A stretch of DNA of 39,689 nt from an uncultured Candidatus Saccharibacteria bacterium (GCA_964548875.1 CAZJSP010000002.1:1-39689); one strand, 5' to 3'; positions 27,309 through 37,067 are shown, counted from the stretch's first letter. The notes: generated by a model not told the origin, from the letters alone. A program made the numbers and translations.

Positions 27309-28043
27309 TTATCTTCGTGGTTTATTTTTTCTTTTTTCTAAAAAATCACTAACAGTTTTAATGTCAGAAGGATTACCAAAGTCTAACCAATAATCCTCTA
27401 TTTCCTTAATTTTAACTTTTCCTTCTTTAGCCAAAAGATTAATAGCGTCTGTAATTTCATATTCTCCTCTTTCCGATTTTTTAATTTCTTGTACTTTTTC
27501 AATAATCTCAGGCTGAAAACTATATAAACTAATATTAATTAAGTTACCAATATGTTCCTTGGGTTTTTCTACTATTTCTTTTAAAAGCCCTTTTTCTTCT
27601 TTTAAAACACCATATTTTTCTGGAGTTTTATGATAAAAGCCTCCCACATAACTATATTGATTATTAATGTTCTTAAATCTTTCTAAATCTTTAATTGAAT
27701 ATAGATTATCTCCACAAACCATTAAAAAGCTTTCCTCAATTTCATTCATTAAGCTTTTTATAACACAAGCTGTTCCATACTCCTCTTTTCCTAAAACATC
27801 AAACTGATTAATAGTTTTTACTTTTTCTCCTCCTTTAAAAGTTTTTAAAAATTCATCTATTTTTTCATGTTTATAACCAACAATTAGAATAAGTTCCTCA
27901 AATCCAGCCTCTAAAAGATTATTTAATAAATAAAATAGAAAAGGCTTCCCGGAAACTTTAATAAGATGTTTGGGCTTGTCGTCAGAAAGGTGTAACATTC
28001 TAGTACCTTTTCCTGCCGCCGCAATAACAGCTTTTTTAATCAT
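27309..28043 (-). CDS. Sugar-1-phosphate nucleotidyltransferase (NTP_transferase fold, no acetyltransferase domain)
   Basis: KAVIAAAGKGTRM (GxGTR) and KPKHLIKVSGKPFLFYLL motifs; 244 aa. Confidence 0.85.
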   Translation of the reverse strand: MIKKAVIAAAGKGTRMLHLSDDKPKHLIKVSGKPFLFYLLNNLLEAGFEELILIVGYKHEKIDEFLKTFKGGEKVKTINQFDVLGKEEYGTACVIKSLMNEIEESFLMVCGDNLYSIKDLERFKNINNQYSYVGGFYHKTPEKYGVLKEEKGLLKEIVEKPKEHIGNLINISLYSFQPEIIEKVQEIKKSERGEYEITDAINLLAKEGKVKIKEIEDYWLDFGNPSDIKTVSDFLEKRKNKPRR

Positions 28044-28046
28044 TCT

Positions 28047-28075
28047 TTGACAATATTAATCTTTTAAAATATCAT
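28047..28075 (+). promoter_or_regulatory. Candidate sigma70-type promoter for murA
   Basis: Perfect TTGACA (28047-28052), a 17-nt spacer, then TATCAT (28070-28075). It lies ~30 nt upstream of the murA ATG in the divergent 62-bp spacer. Confidence 0.45.
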
Positions 28076-28105
28076 AAAAAATAACTAATTAAAAGCAAAT
28101 TAGAA

Positions 28106-29371
28106 ATGGCAAAAAAATTTATAGTTAAAAAAAGCCCTCCCCTGTCAGGAACAGTAGAGATATCAGGACATAAAAATGCAGCCGGTCCTGTTTTGGCAGC
28201 GACTATTCTTTGCGACTCTCCCTGCACAATAGATAATATTCCTTTTATTACTGATGTTTTAAATTTAATTGAAATTTTAGAGCAAATGGGATCTAGGGTT
28301 GACTGGGTAGGAAAAAGAAAAATAAGAGTGGATAATTCAAAAATCGACCCAGAGAATATCCCTTTTGAAATCTTTGAAAGAATGAGAATTTCTGTCCTTT
28401 TAATTGGTCCTCTTTTATCTCGATTCAAACAATTTAAAGTTCCACACCCTGGAGGAGATAAAATTGGATTAAGGCCAATTATTTCTCATTTAGACGCTTT
28501 TAAAAAATTAGGAGTTGAAATAGAAGAGAAACATAACACTTATACTTTTAAATCTCCCAAAGAAGAAAAAAACAGACAGGTAGCCTTAAGAGAATTTTCT
28601 GTAACAGCAACAGAAAATGTCATGCTTCTAGCTTCCAAGATAAAAGCAACTACCAGAATAGACATTGCTGCTTGCGAACCTCAAATTGTTAATTTAGCTA
28701 ATTTCTTAAAAAAAGCAGGAGTAAAAATAGAAGGGGCCGGAACTCATACTATTATTATTAAAGGAAAAAAGAAGCTTCCAGGAGTTGAATTTTCTATTTG
28801 TCACGATTCAATTGCAGCTGGAACCTTTTTTATTGCTTTTGCTGCAAGTCAAGGAGAAGGAATTATCAAGAATGTGAACCCCGAACATTTAATTTTCTTT
28901 CTAGAAAGAATGAAAGATATTGGAGTTAAATTTGAAATAGAGAAAAATGCCATCAAGGTAAAAAGATCAACCGACTTAAAGGCAACTAAAGTTCAGATAC
29001 TTCCCTTCCCTGGATTTCCAACAGATTTACAACCTCAAACTTCAGTTCTATTAACACAAGCGAAAGGACGATCTCTTATTCATGACCCTCTTTATGAAGA
29101 TAGATTTCTTCACTTAAGAGAACTTAGAAAAATGGGGGCAGATATTGCGATAACCGACCCACATCGAGCTTTAATTTTTGGAAAAACTAAATTAACTGGT
29201 AATAAAATTACAGCCTCAGACATTAGAACAGGAGGATCTCTCATTATTGCTGCTCTTATAGCTGACGGAACAAGTGAGATCAGTAATGTTTATCAAATTG
29301 ACAGAGGCTATGAAAACTTTGACGAAAAGCTTAAAAAATTAGGAGCTAGAATAGAAAGAAAAGAAGTTTAA
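28106..29371 (+). CDS. murA: UDP-N-acetylglucosamine 1-carboxyvinyltransferase (Asp-type active site)
   Basis: GHKNAAGPVLAATIL motif. The active-site loop is PHPGGDKIGLRPI, with Asp at residue 118 (GAT 28457-28459) where E. coli has Cys115. A C-terminal IDRGYENF motif is present. Confidence 0.95.
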   Translation: MAKKFIVKKSPPLSGTVEISGHKNAAGPVLAATILCDSPCTIDNIPFITDVLNLIEILEQMGSRVDWVGKRKIRVDNSKIDPENIPFEIFERMRISVLLIGPLLSRFKQFKVPHPGGDKIGLRPIISHLDAFKKLGVEIEEKHNTYTFKSPKEEKNRQVALREFSVTATENVMLLASKIKATTRIDIAACEPQIVNLANFLKKAGVKIEGAGTHTIIIKGKKKLPGVEFSICHDSIAAGTFFIAFAASQGEGIIKNVNPEHLIFFLERMKDIGVKFEIEKNAIKVKRSTDLKATKVQILPFPGFPTDLQPQTSVLLTQAKGRSLIHDPLYEDRFLHLRELRKMGADIAITDPHRALIFGKTKLTGNKITASDIRTGGSLIIAALIADGTSEISNVYQIDRGYENFDEKLKKLGARIERKEV

Positions 29372-29385
29372 GAAGAATCTAAAAC

Positions 29386-29413
29386 TAAAAAGAGGCTTAT
29401 CGCCTCTTTTTTT
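29386..29413. terminator. Bidirectional intrinsic terminator between the convergent murA and OFOR-beta genes
   Basis: AAAAAGAGGC-ttatc-GCCTCTTTTTTT. The 6-bp GC-rich core (29391-29396 / 29402-29407) can be extended by A-T pairs. An A-tract lies upstream and a T-tract downstream. Confidence 0.7.
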
Positions 29414-29414
29414 G

Positions 29415-30281
29415 TTAAACAAATTCTTTTATATTTTTCTCCTTATTAATTTTTCTTTCAACTTGGTACCAAGGCTTTTGAAATTGTGGCCATTGGTCTT
29501 TAAATATGGTTCTTTCTTTTTTGTAAAATATTCCTGTAGCTATTTTTTTATTCTCATTCATTGAATAGTCCCATTCCTGAGCTTTTTCTAAAGCCTGATT
29601 AAAGTTTTGAACATTATGATCTTTTAATCTATAAGAATTATTCTGAAGATAAGGAACAAAATTATTAAAAGTTAAGCAGGGCTGAAGAATATCAATAAAA
29701 GAAAACCCTTTATGCAAAATAGCTTCTTTAAAAATTGTCTTTAATTGATCAACATCAAGAGCATTACCTCTAGCCACAAAACTAGCCCCACTAATTAAGG
29801 CAAGACTAATTGGGTTCATTGGGTCTTCTTTAACTCCTAAAGGAGTAGACGCCCCCCTATAACCCTTAGCTGAGGTTGGAGTAGCTTGACCAGTGGTTAA
29901 AGCAAAAGTCTTGTTGTTAGCTACTACCATAGTAAAGTCTGCATTAAAACGACAATTATGAATTAAGTGAGAAATCCCCTCGCCATAAGTAGCTCCATCA
30001 CCAGCAAAGCCAAGAACTGTTAGGTCTGGATTTCCGACCTTCATACCAAAACACAAAGGTAAGGTTCTGCCATGCAGACCATAAAAACCGCTTGCATTTA
30101 AATAATCAAAAATTTTGGCATGACAACCAATATCACAAGCAGTTGCTATGTTTTTCTTTTTAATTTTATTGTCCTTTACCAATTCAACCAAAACTTCCTG
30201 AATTGCTCTTAAAATCCCCATGTTGGTACATCCTGGACACCAGGTATTAGGCTCTTTAGTTTGGATATCTTTAATTTCCAT
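29415..30281 (-). CDS. 2-oxoacid:ferredoxin oxidoreductase, beta (TPP-binding) subunit
   Basis: Motifs WCPGCTNMGIL, GDGATYGEG (the TPP GDG motif) and LQPC. Confidence 0.9.
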   Translation of the reverse strand: MEIKDIQTKEPNTWCPGCTNMGILRAIQEVLVELVKDNKIKKKNIATACDIGCHAKIFDYLNASGFYGLHGRTLPLCFGMKVGNPDLTVLGFAGDGATYGEGISHLIHNCRFNADFTMVVANNKTFALTTGQATPTSAKGYRGASTPLGVKEDPMNPISLALISGASFVARGNALDVDQLKTIFKEAILHKGFSFIDILQPCLTFNNFVPYLQNNSYRLKDHNVQNFNQALEKAQEWDYSMNENKKIATGIFYKKERTIFKDQWPQFQKPWYQVERKINKEKNIKEFV

Positions 30282-30285
30282 AGAA

Positions 30286-31923
30286 TTATTTATTGATTTT
30301 ATTAATTATATCGTTTGGAACAAATGGCCTTCCATCATATTTTAAAATCTTGTCTTTAATAATATGACCTGTTTGTTCAGCAATAATGTCTCCTAATAGA
30401 CCAGTTGCATTATTCTCGACTAAAAATATTTTTTTAGATTTTTCAATTTCTTTTTTAATAACCTCTTGAGGAAAGGGAGAAATATAAGAAACCTGCATAA
30501 ACCTATAATTATCTAGCTGAGGCAAAGCATCAAGAATAGCCCCTTTGGTAGAACCCCAACCAATAATTAAGTTTTCCCCTTCTCCGTAAATAGATATTGG
30601 TTCTAATTTCTTAATCTCTTCTTTTAATGACTTAATCTTTTTCATTCTTTTATCATTCATTTTCTTAGTTGTTTTTGGATCTTCAATGGTATAGCCATAT
30701 TCATTATGTTCATAACTAGTAGCTCGAATAGCTGGTCCCTGACCAGGCACTCCTCTAGGAGAAATGCCATTATCTGTAAATTCATAATTTTTAAAATCCG
30801 CAGAAACATCTTTTTTAATAAATCTTTTATTGTCTAGATCAGAAGGTTTTAATTGATTAAAAGAATAATCACTTTCTGCTCCATGTTTATCGGTAATAAT
30901 TACAGCTAAAGTTCTATATTTATCAGCCAAATAAAAGGCCTCTTCTGTTCTAATAATAGCTTCTTGAGCATCTCCAGGCGCAATTACAATCCTAATAAAT
31001 TCGCCGTGTCCAGCATTAACTGCCATCTTTAAATCACTTTGAGCGGTATAAGTCGGCACTCCGGTTGCTGGACCTGTTCTTTGAGCTAAATAAACAACCA
31101 ATGGAATTTCAGAAATACCGGTCATACTAAGAGTTTCAGACATAAGAGCAAAACCTCCTCCTGAAGTTCCAACCATTGTTCTTGCCCCAGAAAAAGAAGC
31201 TCCCATAGCTGAATTAGCAACCCCTATTTCATTTTCTGTTTGAAGAGCTAAAAAATTATGATCTTCTTGTTTTTTAGCTAAATAATGTAAAACAGGAGTA
31301 GCTGGAGTCATAGGATAGGCAATAAAAACATCTATTCCTGCGTTTAAAGCCCCCACTCCAACCCCTTGACTTCCAGAAATAAAATAATTAGATTCCCCGT
31401 TCTTCTCTAGCCTCTCTTTTTCTTCACTCAATTGATAGCCTCTATCTATTGATTTATTAATTGTATCAAGTTTGTCTCCTTTAAACCTTTCTTTCATCTT
31501 GTCAAGGAGAATATTTTTATCAATCCCAAAATATTTAAAAAGCCATCCTAAAAGAATATTGTTTTCCATAATCCTAGGAGCATCTATCTCTTTTAGAATA
31601 GGATCAATATCAACCCCTCTTATTTTTTCCCCTTTTAGTTTTTTGTTTCCTAAAATAAAGCCCCCCTCTTTTAATTTGTCTTGATGGAAGTCTATTGTTT
31701 TCTGATCAAAAGCAATAATAATATCATATTTATTATCATGGGAATAAACTGGTTCATCTGATATTTTTAAAACATTAAAATTGTGCCCCCCTCTAATTAA
31801 AGAAGGATAGTCTCGATAATTAAAAACATAGAACCCTAAAGAACAAAATATATTCCCAATCAAGTGGGAAGTAACAGCAGTTCCCTGTCCAGCCCTTCCT
31901 CCAATTAAAATTGTTTTTTTCAT
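30286..31923 (-). CDS. 2-oxoacid:ferredoxin oxidoreductase, fused gamma-alpha subunit
   Basis: The N-terminal part resembles the gamma subunit (ILIGGRAGQGTAVTSHLIGNIF). The alpha core follows (ISGSQGVGVGALNAGIDVFIAYPMTPATPV). No delta/ferredoxin-like ORF is adjacent. Confidence 0.88.
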   Translation of the reverse strand: MKKTILIGGRAGQGTAVTSHLIGNIFCSLGFYVFNYRDYPSLIRGGHNFNVLKISDEPVYSHDNKYDIIIAFDQKTIDFHQDKLKEGGFILGNKKLKGEKIRGVDIDPILKEIDAPRIMENNILLGWLFKYFGIDKNILLDKMKERFKGDKLDTINKSIDRGYQLSEEKERLEKNGESNYFISGSQGVGVGALNAGIDVFIAYPMTPATPVLHYLAKKQEDHNFLALQTENEIGVANSAMGASFSGARTMVGTSGGGFALMSETLSMTGISEIPLVVYLAQRTGPATGVPTYTAQSDLKMAVNAGHGEFIRIVIAPGDAQEAIIRTEEAFYLADKYRTLAVIITDKHGAESDYSFNQLKPSDLDNKRFIKKDVSADFKNYEFTDNGISPRGVPGQGPAIRATSYEHNEYGYTIEDPKTTKKMNDKRMKKIKSLKEEIKKLEPISIYGEGENLIIGWGSTKGAILDALPQLDNYRFMQVSYISPFPQEVIKKEIEKSKKIFLVENNATGLLGDIIAEQTGHIIKDKILKYDGRPFVPNDIINKINK

Positions 31924-31943
31924 AATATTTTTTAAAAATTTAT

Positions 31944-33770
31944 TTATTCTACAGTAACTGACTTCGCCAAATTTCTTGGCTTATCTATATTATATCCTAG
32001 AACAGAAGCCATGTAATAGGCAAATAAATGAAGAGGAATAACAGAAAGAAGAGGAGTTAACGGTTCAATTATTTTAGGAATATAAATAACATCATCAGCT
32101 ATTTTTGATATTTCCTTATCCCCTTCTGTGGCAATAACAATTAAGGGTCCTTTTCTAACTTTGACTTCTTCTATATTAGATAACATTTTTTCATAAACTG
32201 AACCAAAAGGAGCAATGGCTATTGTTGGTACATTTTCATCAATTAAGGCTAAGGGACCATGCTTAATTTCACCTCCTGGTAATCCTTCAGCATATAAATA
32301 AGCAATTTCTTTTAATTTTAAAGCTCCCTCAGAAGCAATAAAAGTATTATATTTTCTTCCTAAAAAGAAGAAATGACTAAATTTCTTGTATTTCTGAACT
32401 AATTCCTCTATTCGAGAAGAATTGTCTAATATCTTTTGAGCTAGCTCGGGTAATTGATTCAGACAAGAGATAAATTCTTTCCCCTGGCCAACACTCATTT
32501 TTCTTGTGCGCCCCAGATAAACAGTTAAAAGAGCAAGAATCGATAATTGCCCTAGAAAAGCTTTAGTAGAAGCAACAGCTATTTCAGGACCAGAACGAGT
32601 ATAAACACCTGCTTCTGTTTCTCGCGCCTGAGAAGATCCGACCACATTAGTAATTCCTAAACACAATACCCCCTTTCTTTTTAGTTCTCTTAAACAGGCT
32701 AAAGAATCCGCAGTTTCTCCTGATTGAGAAATAAATACTGCAGCTGTATTTTTTTTAAGAACAGGACTCCTATAACGGAATTCTGAACCTAAACCAACCT
32801 CACAGGAAACACCTGCATTTTCTTCTATTAAATATTTACCAACTTGAGCAGCAAAATAAGAGGTCCCACATCCTATCAAAATCAAATGCTCAATATCTCT
32901 AAGTTGAGTCTGGACTGAATCTAACCCTCCTAACTTAGCTAACCCCTCATCTAAAATAAACCTACCCCTTAAAGCATCTCTAATTGTTTCTGGCTCCTCC
33001 ATAATCTCTTTAAGCATAAAGTGATCATATCCTCCCTTTTGAGCTTCTTCTAAATCCCATTCTATTTCCTTAATAATTTTCTCTTTTGGAATTTGATTGC
33101 TATCAAGAACAGAAAACCCATTAGAATTTAAAACAGCTATTTCTCCATCATCTAAATAAATTACTTTTTTAGTCCGGCTAATTACTGCTACTGGATCTGA
33201 AGCAACAATATATTCTTCTTTGCCTAGTCCGATTAATAAGGGAGAAGAATTTCTAGCTACAACTATTTTCCGAGGATCTTTTTTATGAACAACCGCTAAA
33301 GCATAAGCGCCTTTAACCAATTTTAAAGATTTTAAAACAGCTTCTTCCAGATTCCCATTAAAGAATTTCTCAATTAAATGAGCAAAAACTTCAGTATCAG
33401 TTTCTGAAGAAAATCTATGCCCTTCTTCAATTAATCTTCTTTTTAAGTCTTTGTAGTTTTCAATTATTCCATTATGAACAATAAAAATTTCATCATGACA
33501 ATCGTAATGAGGGTGAGCATTCTCTTCTGTCACATTCCCAGTAGTTGCCCAACGAGAATGAGCAATGCCCATTGTCCCCTTGACATCTAGCTCGGAAAAA
33601 GCTTTTTCTCCTTCTGAAATTTTGCCTATTTTTCTATAAAGAAAGGGTTTATCTTTATCAAAAATACAAAAACCATAACTATCATATCCTCTATATTCCA
33701 GTCTTTTTAAGCCTGATAATAAAATAGGAGAAGCTTTTTTCTTACCAATATAGCCTATTATCCCACACAT
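31944..33770 (-). CDS. glmS: Glutamine--fructose-6-phosphate aminotransferase
   Basis: MCGIIGYIG N-terminal nucleophile, two SIS domains and the C-terminal ..LAKSVTVE. Confidence 0.96.
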   Translation of the reverse strand: MCGIIGYIGKKKASPILLSGLKRLEYRGYDSYGFCIFDKDKPFLYRKIGKISEGEKAFSELDVKGTMGIAHSRWATTGNVTEENAHPHYDCHDEIFIVHNGIIENYKDLKRRLIEEGHRFSSETDTEVFAHLIEKFFNGNLEEAVLKSLKLVKGAYALAVVHKKDPRKIVVARNSSPLLIGLGKEEYIVASDPVAVISRTKKVIYLDDGEIAVLNSNGFSVLDSNQIPKEKIIKEIEWDLEEAQKGGYDHFMLKEIMEEPETIRDALRGRFILDEGLAKLGGLDSVQTQLRDIEHLILIGCGTSYFAAQVGKYLIEENAGVSCEVGLGSEFRYRSPVLKKNTAAVFISQSGETADSLACLRELKRKGVLCLGITNVVGSSQARETEAGVYTRSGPEIAVASTKAFLGQLSILALLTVYLGRTRKMSVGQGKEFISCLNQLPELAQKILDNSSRIEELVQKYKKFSHFFFLGRKYNTFIASEGALKLKEIAYLYAEGLPGGEIKHGPLALIDENVPTIAIAPFGSVYEKMLSNIEEVKVRKGPLIVIATEGDKEISKIADDVIYIPKIIEPLTPLLSVIPLHLFAYYMASVLGYNIDKPRNLAKSVTVE

Positions 33771-33771
33771 A

Positions 33772-36171
33772 TTAAATAATAAAGTTAATTAATTTATTGG
33801 GAATAAAAATTATTCTTTTAATTTCTTTCCCTTTTGTTCTTTTTTTAATCTTTTCTCTTTCTAAACTTAATTTTTTGGCTTCCTCTTCTTCAATACCAGA
33901 TTGGACTTGAAAGGTGTCTCTTACTTTTCCATTAACTTGAACGACCAGGGTGACTTCTTCTCTTTTTATCATTTCAAGATTATATTGAGGCCATTTTTGC
34001 TGATGAATAGATTCTTTTTCTCCTAAATAATTCCACAATTCTTCTGTAATATGAGGAGCAAAAGGAGACATCAAAATTAAAAATGTTTTAATTACTTCCT
34101 CTCCAATTTCGTCCTGGTAATCAAAAGCAAAATTAATAAACTTCATAAAAGCAGAAACAGCAGTATTAAATTTCATTTCCGTAATATCTTCGCTAATTCT
34201 CTTGTTTAATCTATGAACCTCCTTCATTACCCTTTTACTGCTTTCTTGAGAAGAACACTCTATCACTAAAGACCAAACTCGATTAAGAAATTTATAAACA
34301 CCCTTAACTCCACTTTTATTCCAAACAACAGCTTGATCAAAGGGGCCAATAAACATCTCATAAACTCTTAAAGTATCGGCTCCATATTCTTTAACTACGC
34401 TTTTAGGATCAACGGTATTGCCTTTTGATTTAGACATTTTTTTACCATCTTCAGCTAAAATCATGCCATGAGCAGTTCTTTTCTGATAAGGTTCGGGCTG
34501 GGGAACAACACCAATATCGAATAAAAACTTGTAAATAAATCTTGAATACAATAGATGAAGAGTGGTGTGTTCCATTCCTCCATTATACCAATCAACCGGC
34601 ATCCAATAATTAATTTTTATTTTTTCGGCAATTGCATTTGAATTGCGAGGATCACAATATCTTAAATAATACCAGTTTGATCCTGCCCAGTTAGGCATTG
34701 TGTCTGTTTCTCTTTTAGCCTTGCCTCCACATTTCGGACATCTAGTCTCAACCCAATCTTTAATATTAGCTAGAGGAGACTCACCCGAATCAGTCGGCTC
34801 ATATTTTTCAACATAGGGCAATTCTAAAGGCAAATCTTTTTCTGACAAAGGAACAACTCCACAATCTTCACAATGAACAACTGGAATTGGTTCTCCCCAA
34901 TAATGCTGTCGGGAAAACACCCAATCTCTTAATTTATATTTAACAGCCTCTTTACCTAATTTTTTATCTTTAAGAATCTTTCCAATTTTTTGTTTGGCTT
35001 CTTGAGATGGCAACTCATTAAATTTCCCTGAATTTATTAAGGTTCCCTCTCCTTCAAAAGCCTCTTTTTTTAAATTGCTTTTATCGCTTTGAATAACTTC
35101 CTTAATTTCCAAACCATATTCCTCAGCAAAATCATAATCTCTTTGATCGTGAGCTGGAACTACCATAACAGCCCCACCTCCATAAGTAGCAACCACATAA
35201 TCCCCTATCCAAATCGGAATTTTTTGACCACTAATAGGGTGAAGACAATAACTGCCAGTAAAAACCCCTGTTTTCTTTTTTTCTATTTTTATTCTTTCGA
35301 ATTCTGATTTTTTCTTAGATTCTTTAATATATTTCTGAACATCTTTAGATTGCTTTTCTTTAACAACCTCTTTAACTAATTGATGTTCAGGAGCTAAAAC
35401 AATAGCTGTAACTCCAAAAATAGTATCTGGTCTTGTAGTAAAAACTTCGATCATCTTTTTTAAACCTTCAACCGGAAACTGAACTTCAAACCCTTTACTT
35501 TTACCAATCCATTCAATTTGTTGTTTCTTAATTTTTTCTAAATAATCAACTCTTTCTAAATCTTCAATAAGGCGATCAGCGTAATTGGTAATTTTAAGCA
35601 TCCATTGTTTTTGTTTTTTTTGCGTTACTTCTTGACCACACCTCTCACATTGACCATTAACTACCTCTTCATTAGCTAATCCAATTTTACAAGAAGAACA
35701 CCAATTAATTGGAATCTCTGCCTGATAAGCTAAATCATTTTCTAATAGTTTTAAGAATATCCATTGAGTCCACTTATAATACTTAGGATCAGTAGTATTA
35801 ATCTCTCTTTCCCAATCAAAAGACAATCCTAACAGTTTTAATTGCTGCTTGAAATTATTAATATTTTTTGCTGTTGCTTTTTCAGGATGAACGCCTGTTT
35901 TTAAAGCATAATTTTCTGTTGGCAAACCAAAAGCATCCCATCCAATAGGAAAGAGAGTATTGTATCCTTCCATCCTCTTTTTTCTCGATATAATATCCAT
36001 AGCGGTATAACTTCTGCAATGACCAACGTGTAGCCCTGCCCCCGATGGATAAGGAAACTCAACAAGAACAAAATATTTATTCTTTTTTAGTAGGTCTTCC
36101 GCACTATAAATATTTTCTTTTTCCCATCTTTCTTGCCACTTTTTTTCTATTTTTTTATGATTATAACTCAT
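33772..36171 (-). CDS. leuS: Leucyl-tRNA synthetase
   Basis: HIGH-type GLHVGH and KMSKSKGN motifs. A CP1 editing segment is present (TTRPDTIFGVTAIVLAPEH). Confidence 0.96.
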   Translation of the reverse strand: MSYNHKKIEKKWQERWEKENIYSAEDLLKKNKYFVLVEFPYPSGAGLHVGHCRSYTAMDIISRKKRMEGYNTLFPIGWDAFGLPTENYALKTGVHPEKATAKNINNFKQQLKLLGLSFDWEREINTTDPKYYKWTQWIFLKLLENDLAYQAEIPINWCSSCKIGLANEEVVNGQCERCGQEVTQKKQKQWMLKITNYADRLIEDLERVDYLEKIKKQQIEWIGKSKGFEVQFPVEGLKKMIEVFTTRPDTIFGVTAIVLAPEHQLVKEVVKEKQSKDVQKYIKESKKKSEFERIKIEKKKTGVFTGSYCLHPISGQKIPIWIGDYVVATYGGGAVMVVPAHDQRDYDFAEEYGLEIKEVIQSDKSNLKKEAFEGEGTLINSGKFNELPSQEAKQKIGKILKDKKLGKEAVKYKLRDWVFSRQHYWGEPIPVVHCEDCGVVPLSEKDLPLELPYVEKYEPTDSGESPLANIKDWVETRCPKCGGKAKRETDTMPNWAGSNWYYLRYCDPRNSNAIAEKIKINYWMPVDWYNGGMEHTTLHLLYSRFIYKFLFDIGVVPQPEPYQKRTAHGMILAEDGKKMSKSKGNTVDPKSVVKEYGADTLRVYEMFIGPFDQAVVWNKSGVKGVYKFLNRVWSLVIECSSQESSKRVMKEVHRLNKRISEDITEMKFNTAVSAFMKFINFAFDYQDEIGEEVIKTFLILMSPFAPHITEELWNYLGEKESIHQQKWPQYNLEMIKREEVTLVVQVNGKVRDTFQVQSGIEEEEAKKLSLEREKIKKRTKGKEIKRIIFIPNKLINFII

Positions 36172-37007
36172 ATTTGAAAAAGATTTTTTGAATTTTGAAA
36201 TATTTCTTTTTTAATTTTCTCTAATTTTATTTTTTTTACTCTAGAAATTTCTTCTAAAACATATTTAACAAAAATAGGCTCATTTCTTTCTGTCTTGATT
36301 TGAGGGGGAGATAAATAAGGGCAGTCAGTTTCAACTACAATTCTATTTAAGGGTGTTTTTCTAATTATTTCTTTGAAATCAATATCTTCAAGCGTCTTAA
36401 AAATTATACCATTAAAACCAATAAAATAGCCAAAATTAAGATATTTTTTTAGTTCTTTTATGCTACCTACAAAACTATGCATGACTGCTTTTTTAGGTCT
36501 TAATCCTGAATTCTCCTTTAATAATTTAATTAAATCCCGACTAGCCATACGACAATGAAAAATAACTGGCAAATCTAGCTCTTGTGCTAACCTCAGCTGT
36601 TCCAGTAATAATTCTTTTTGTTTTTCTTTAAAAATTCTTTTTCTTCTGGTTGTTTTAGGTTTCCAATAATAATCTAACCCTATTTCTCCAATTGCCACCA
36701 CCCCTTTAGATTTAGCCAGCTTTTTATATTCTTGATAATCAAAATTATTTTCCATCTTGTCTTTATTCTTCTGTAAAAATTTATTACTCAAAACATCCAT
36801 TCTAAAATTAATGGGGTGCAACCCAACAGAAGCAAAAAGCCCTTTCTCTTGAGAAAGTTTAATAGCTTTTTTTGAAGACTGAAGATTAGTGCCAACATTA
36901 ACCACTCCAATATTATTATCTAGACACCTTTTAATAACCTCTCTTCTGTCTTTCTCAAAAAGAAAATGATTTAAATGAGCATGCGTATCAATAATCATAA
37001 TATTCAT
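36168..37007 (-). CDS. tatD: TatD-family metal-dependent hydrolase/DNase
   Basis: Motifs IDTHAHLNH, GEIGLDYY, FHCR and ETDCPYLSP. Confidence 0.92.
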   Translation of the reverse strand: MNIMIIDTHAHLNHFLFEKDRREVIKRCLDNNIGVVNVGTNLQSSKKAIKLSQEKGLFASVGLHPINFRMDVLSNKFLQKNKDKMENNFDYQEYKKLAKSKGVVAIGEIGLDYYWKPKTTRRKRIFKEKQKELLLEQLRLAQELDLPVIFHCRMASRDLIKLLKENSGLRPKKAVMHSFVGSIKELKKYLNFGYFIGFNGIIFKTLEDIDFKEIIRKTPLNRIVVETDCPYLSPPQIKTERNEPIFVKYVLEEISRVKKIKLEKIKKEIFQNSKNLFQI

Positions 37008-37033
37008 TATAAATTGTTTTTTATACTTTTTTC

Positions 37034-37060
37034 AACAAAAAAAGGCCTTTTGGGCCATTT
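37034..37060 (-). terminator. Weak terminator-like hairpin after the 37068..37556 ORF
   Basis: GGCC (37044-37047) and GGCC (37053-37056) form a 4-bp GC stem with a 5-nt loop. On the minus strand it is followed by TTTTTTT. The stem is short, so confidence is low. Confidence 0.3.
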
Positions 37061-37067
37061 AAAAAAA

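Noticed and set aside
28072-28428. 118-aa minus-strand ORF overlapping the murA 5' end.
   Set aside because: murA on the plus strand is unambiguous. The antisense ORF would also cover the murA promoter region and has no motif, so it is a shadow ORF.
33771-33771. glmS ribozyme upstream of glmS, and T-box leaders upstream of hisS, leuS and metG.
   Set aside because: There is no leader space. glmS starts 1 nt after the leuS stop, hisS starts 2 nt after the lepB stop, and leuS and metG overlap their upstream genes.
4159-35307. Other short track ORFs: 4159..4359, 5901..6095, 9953..10165, 12330..12518, 17042..17248, 20399..20590, 21445..21696, 22083..22286, 31472..31684 and 35089..35307.
   Set aside because: Each lies wholly inside a well-supported conserved gene, either antisense or out of frame. 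All are under 85 aa with low-complexity or proline/leucine-rich translations.
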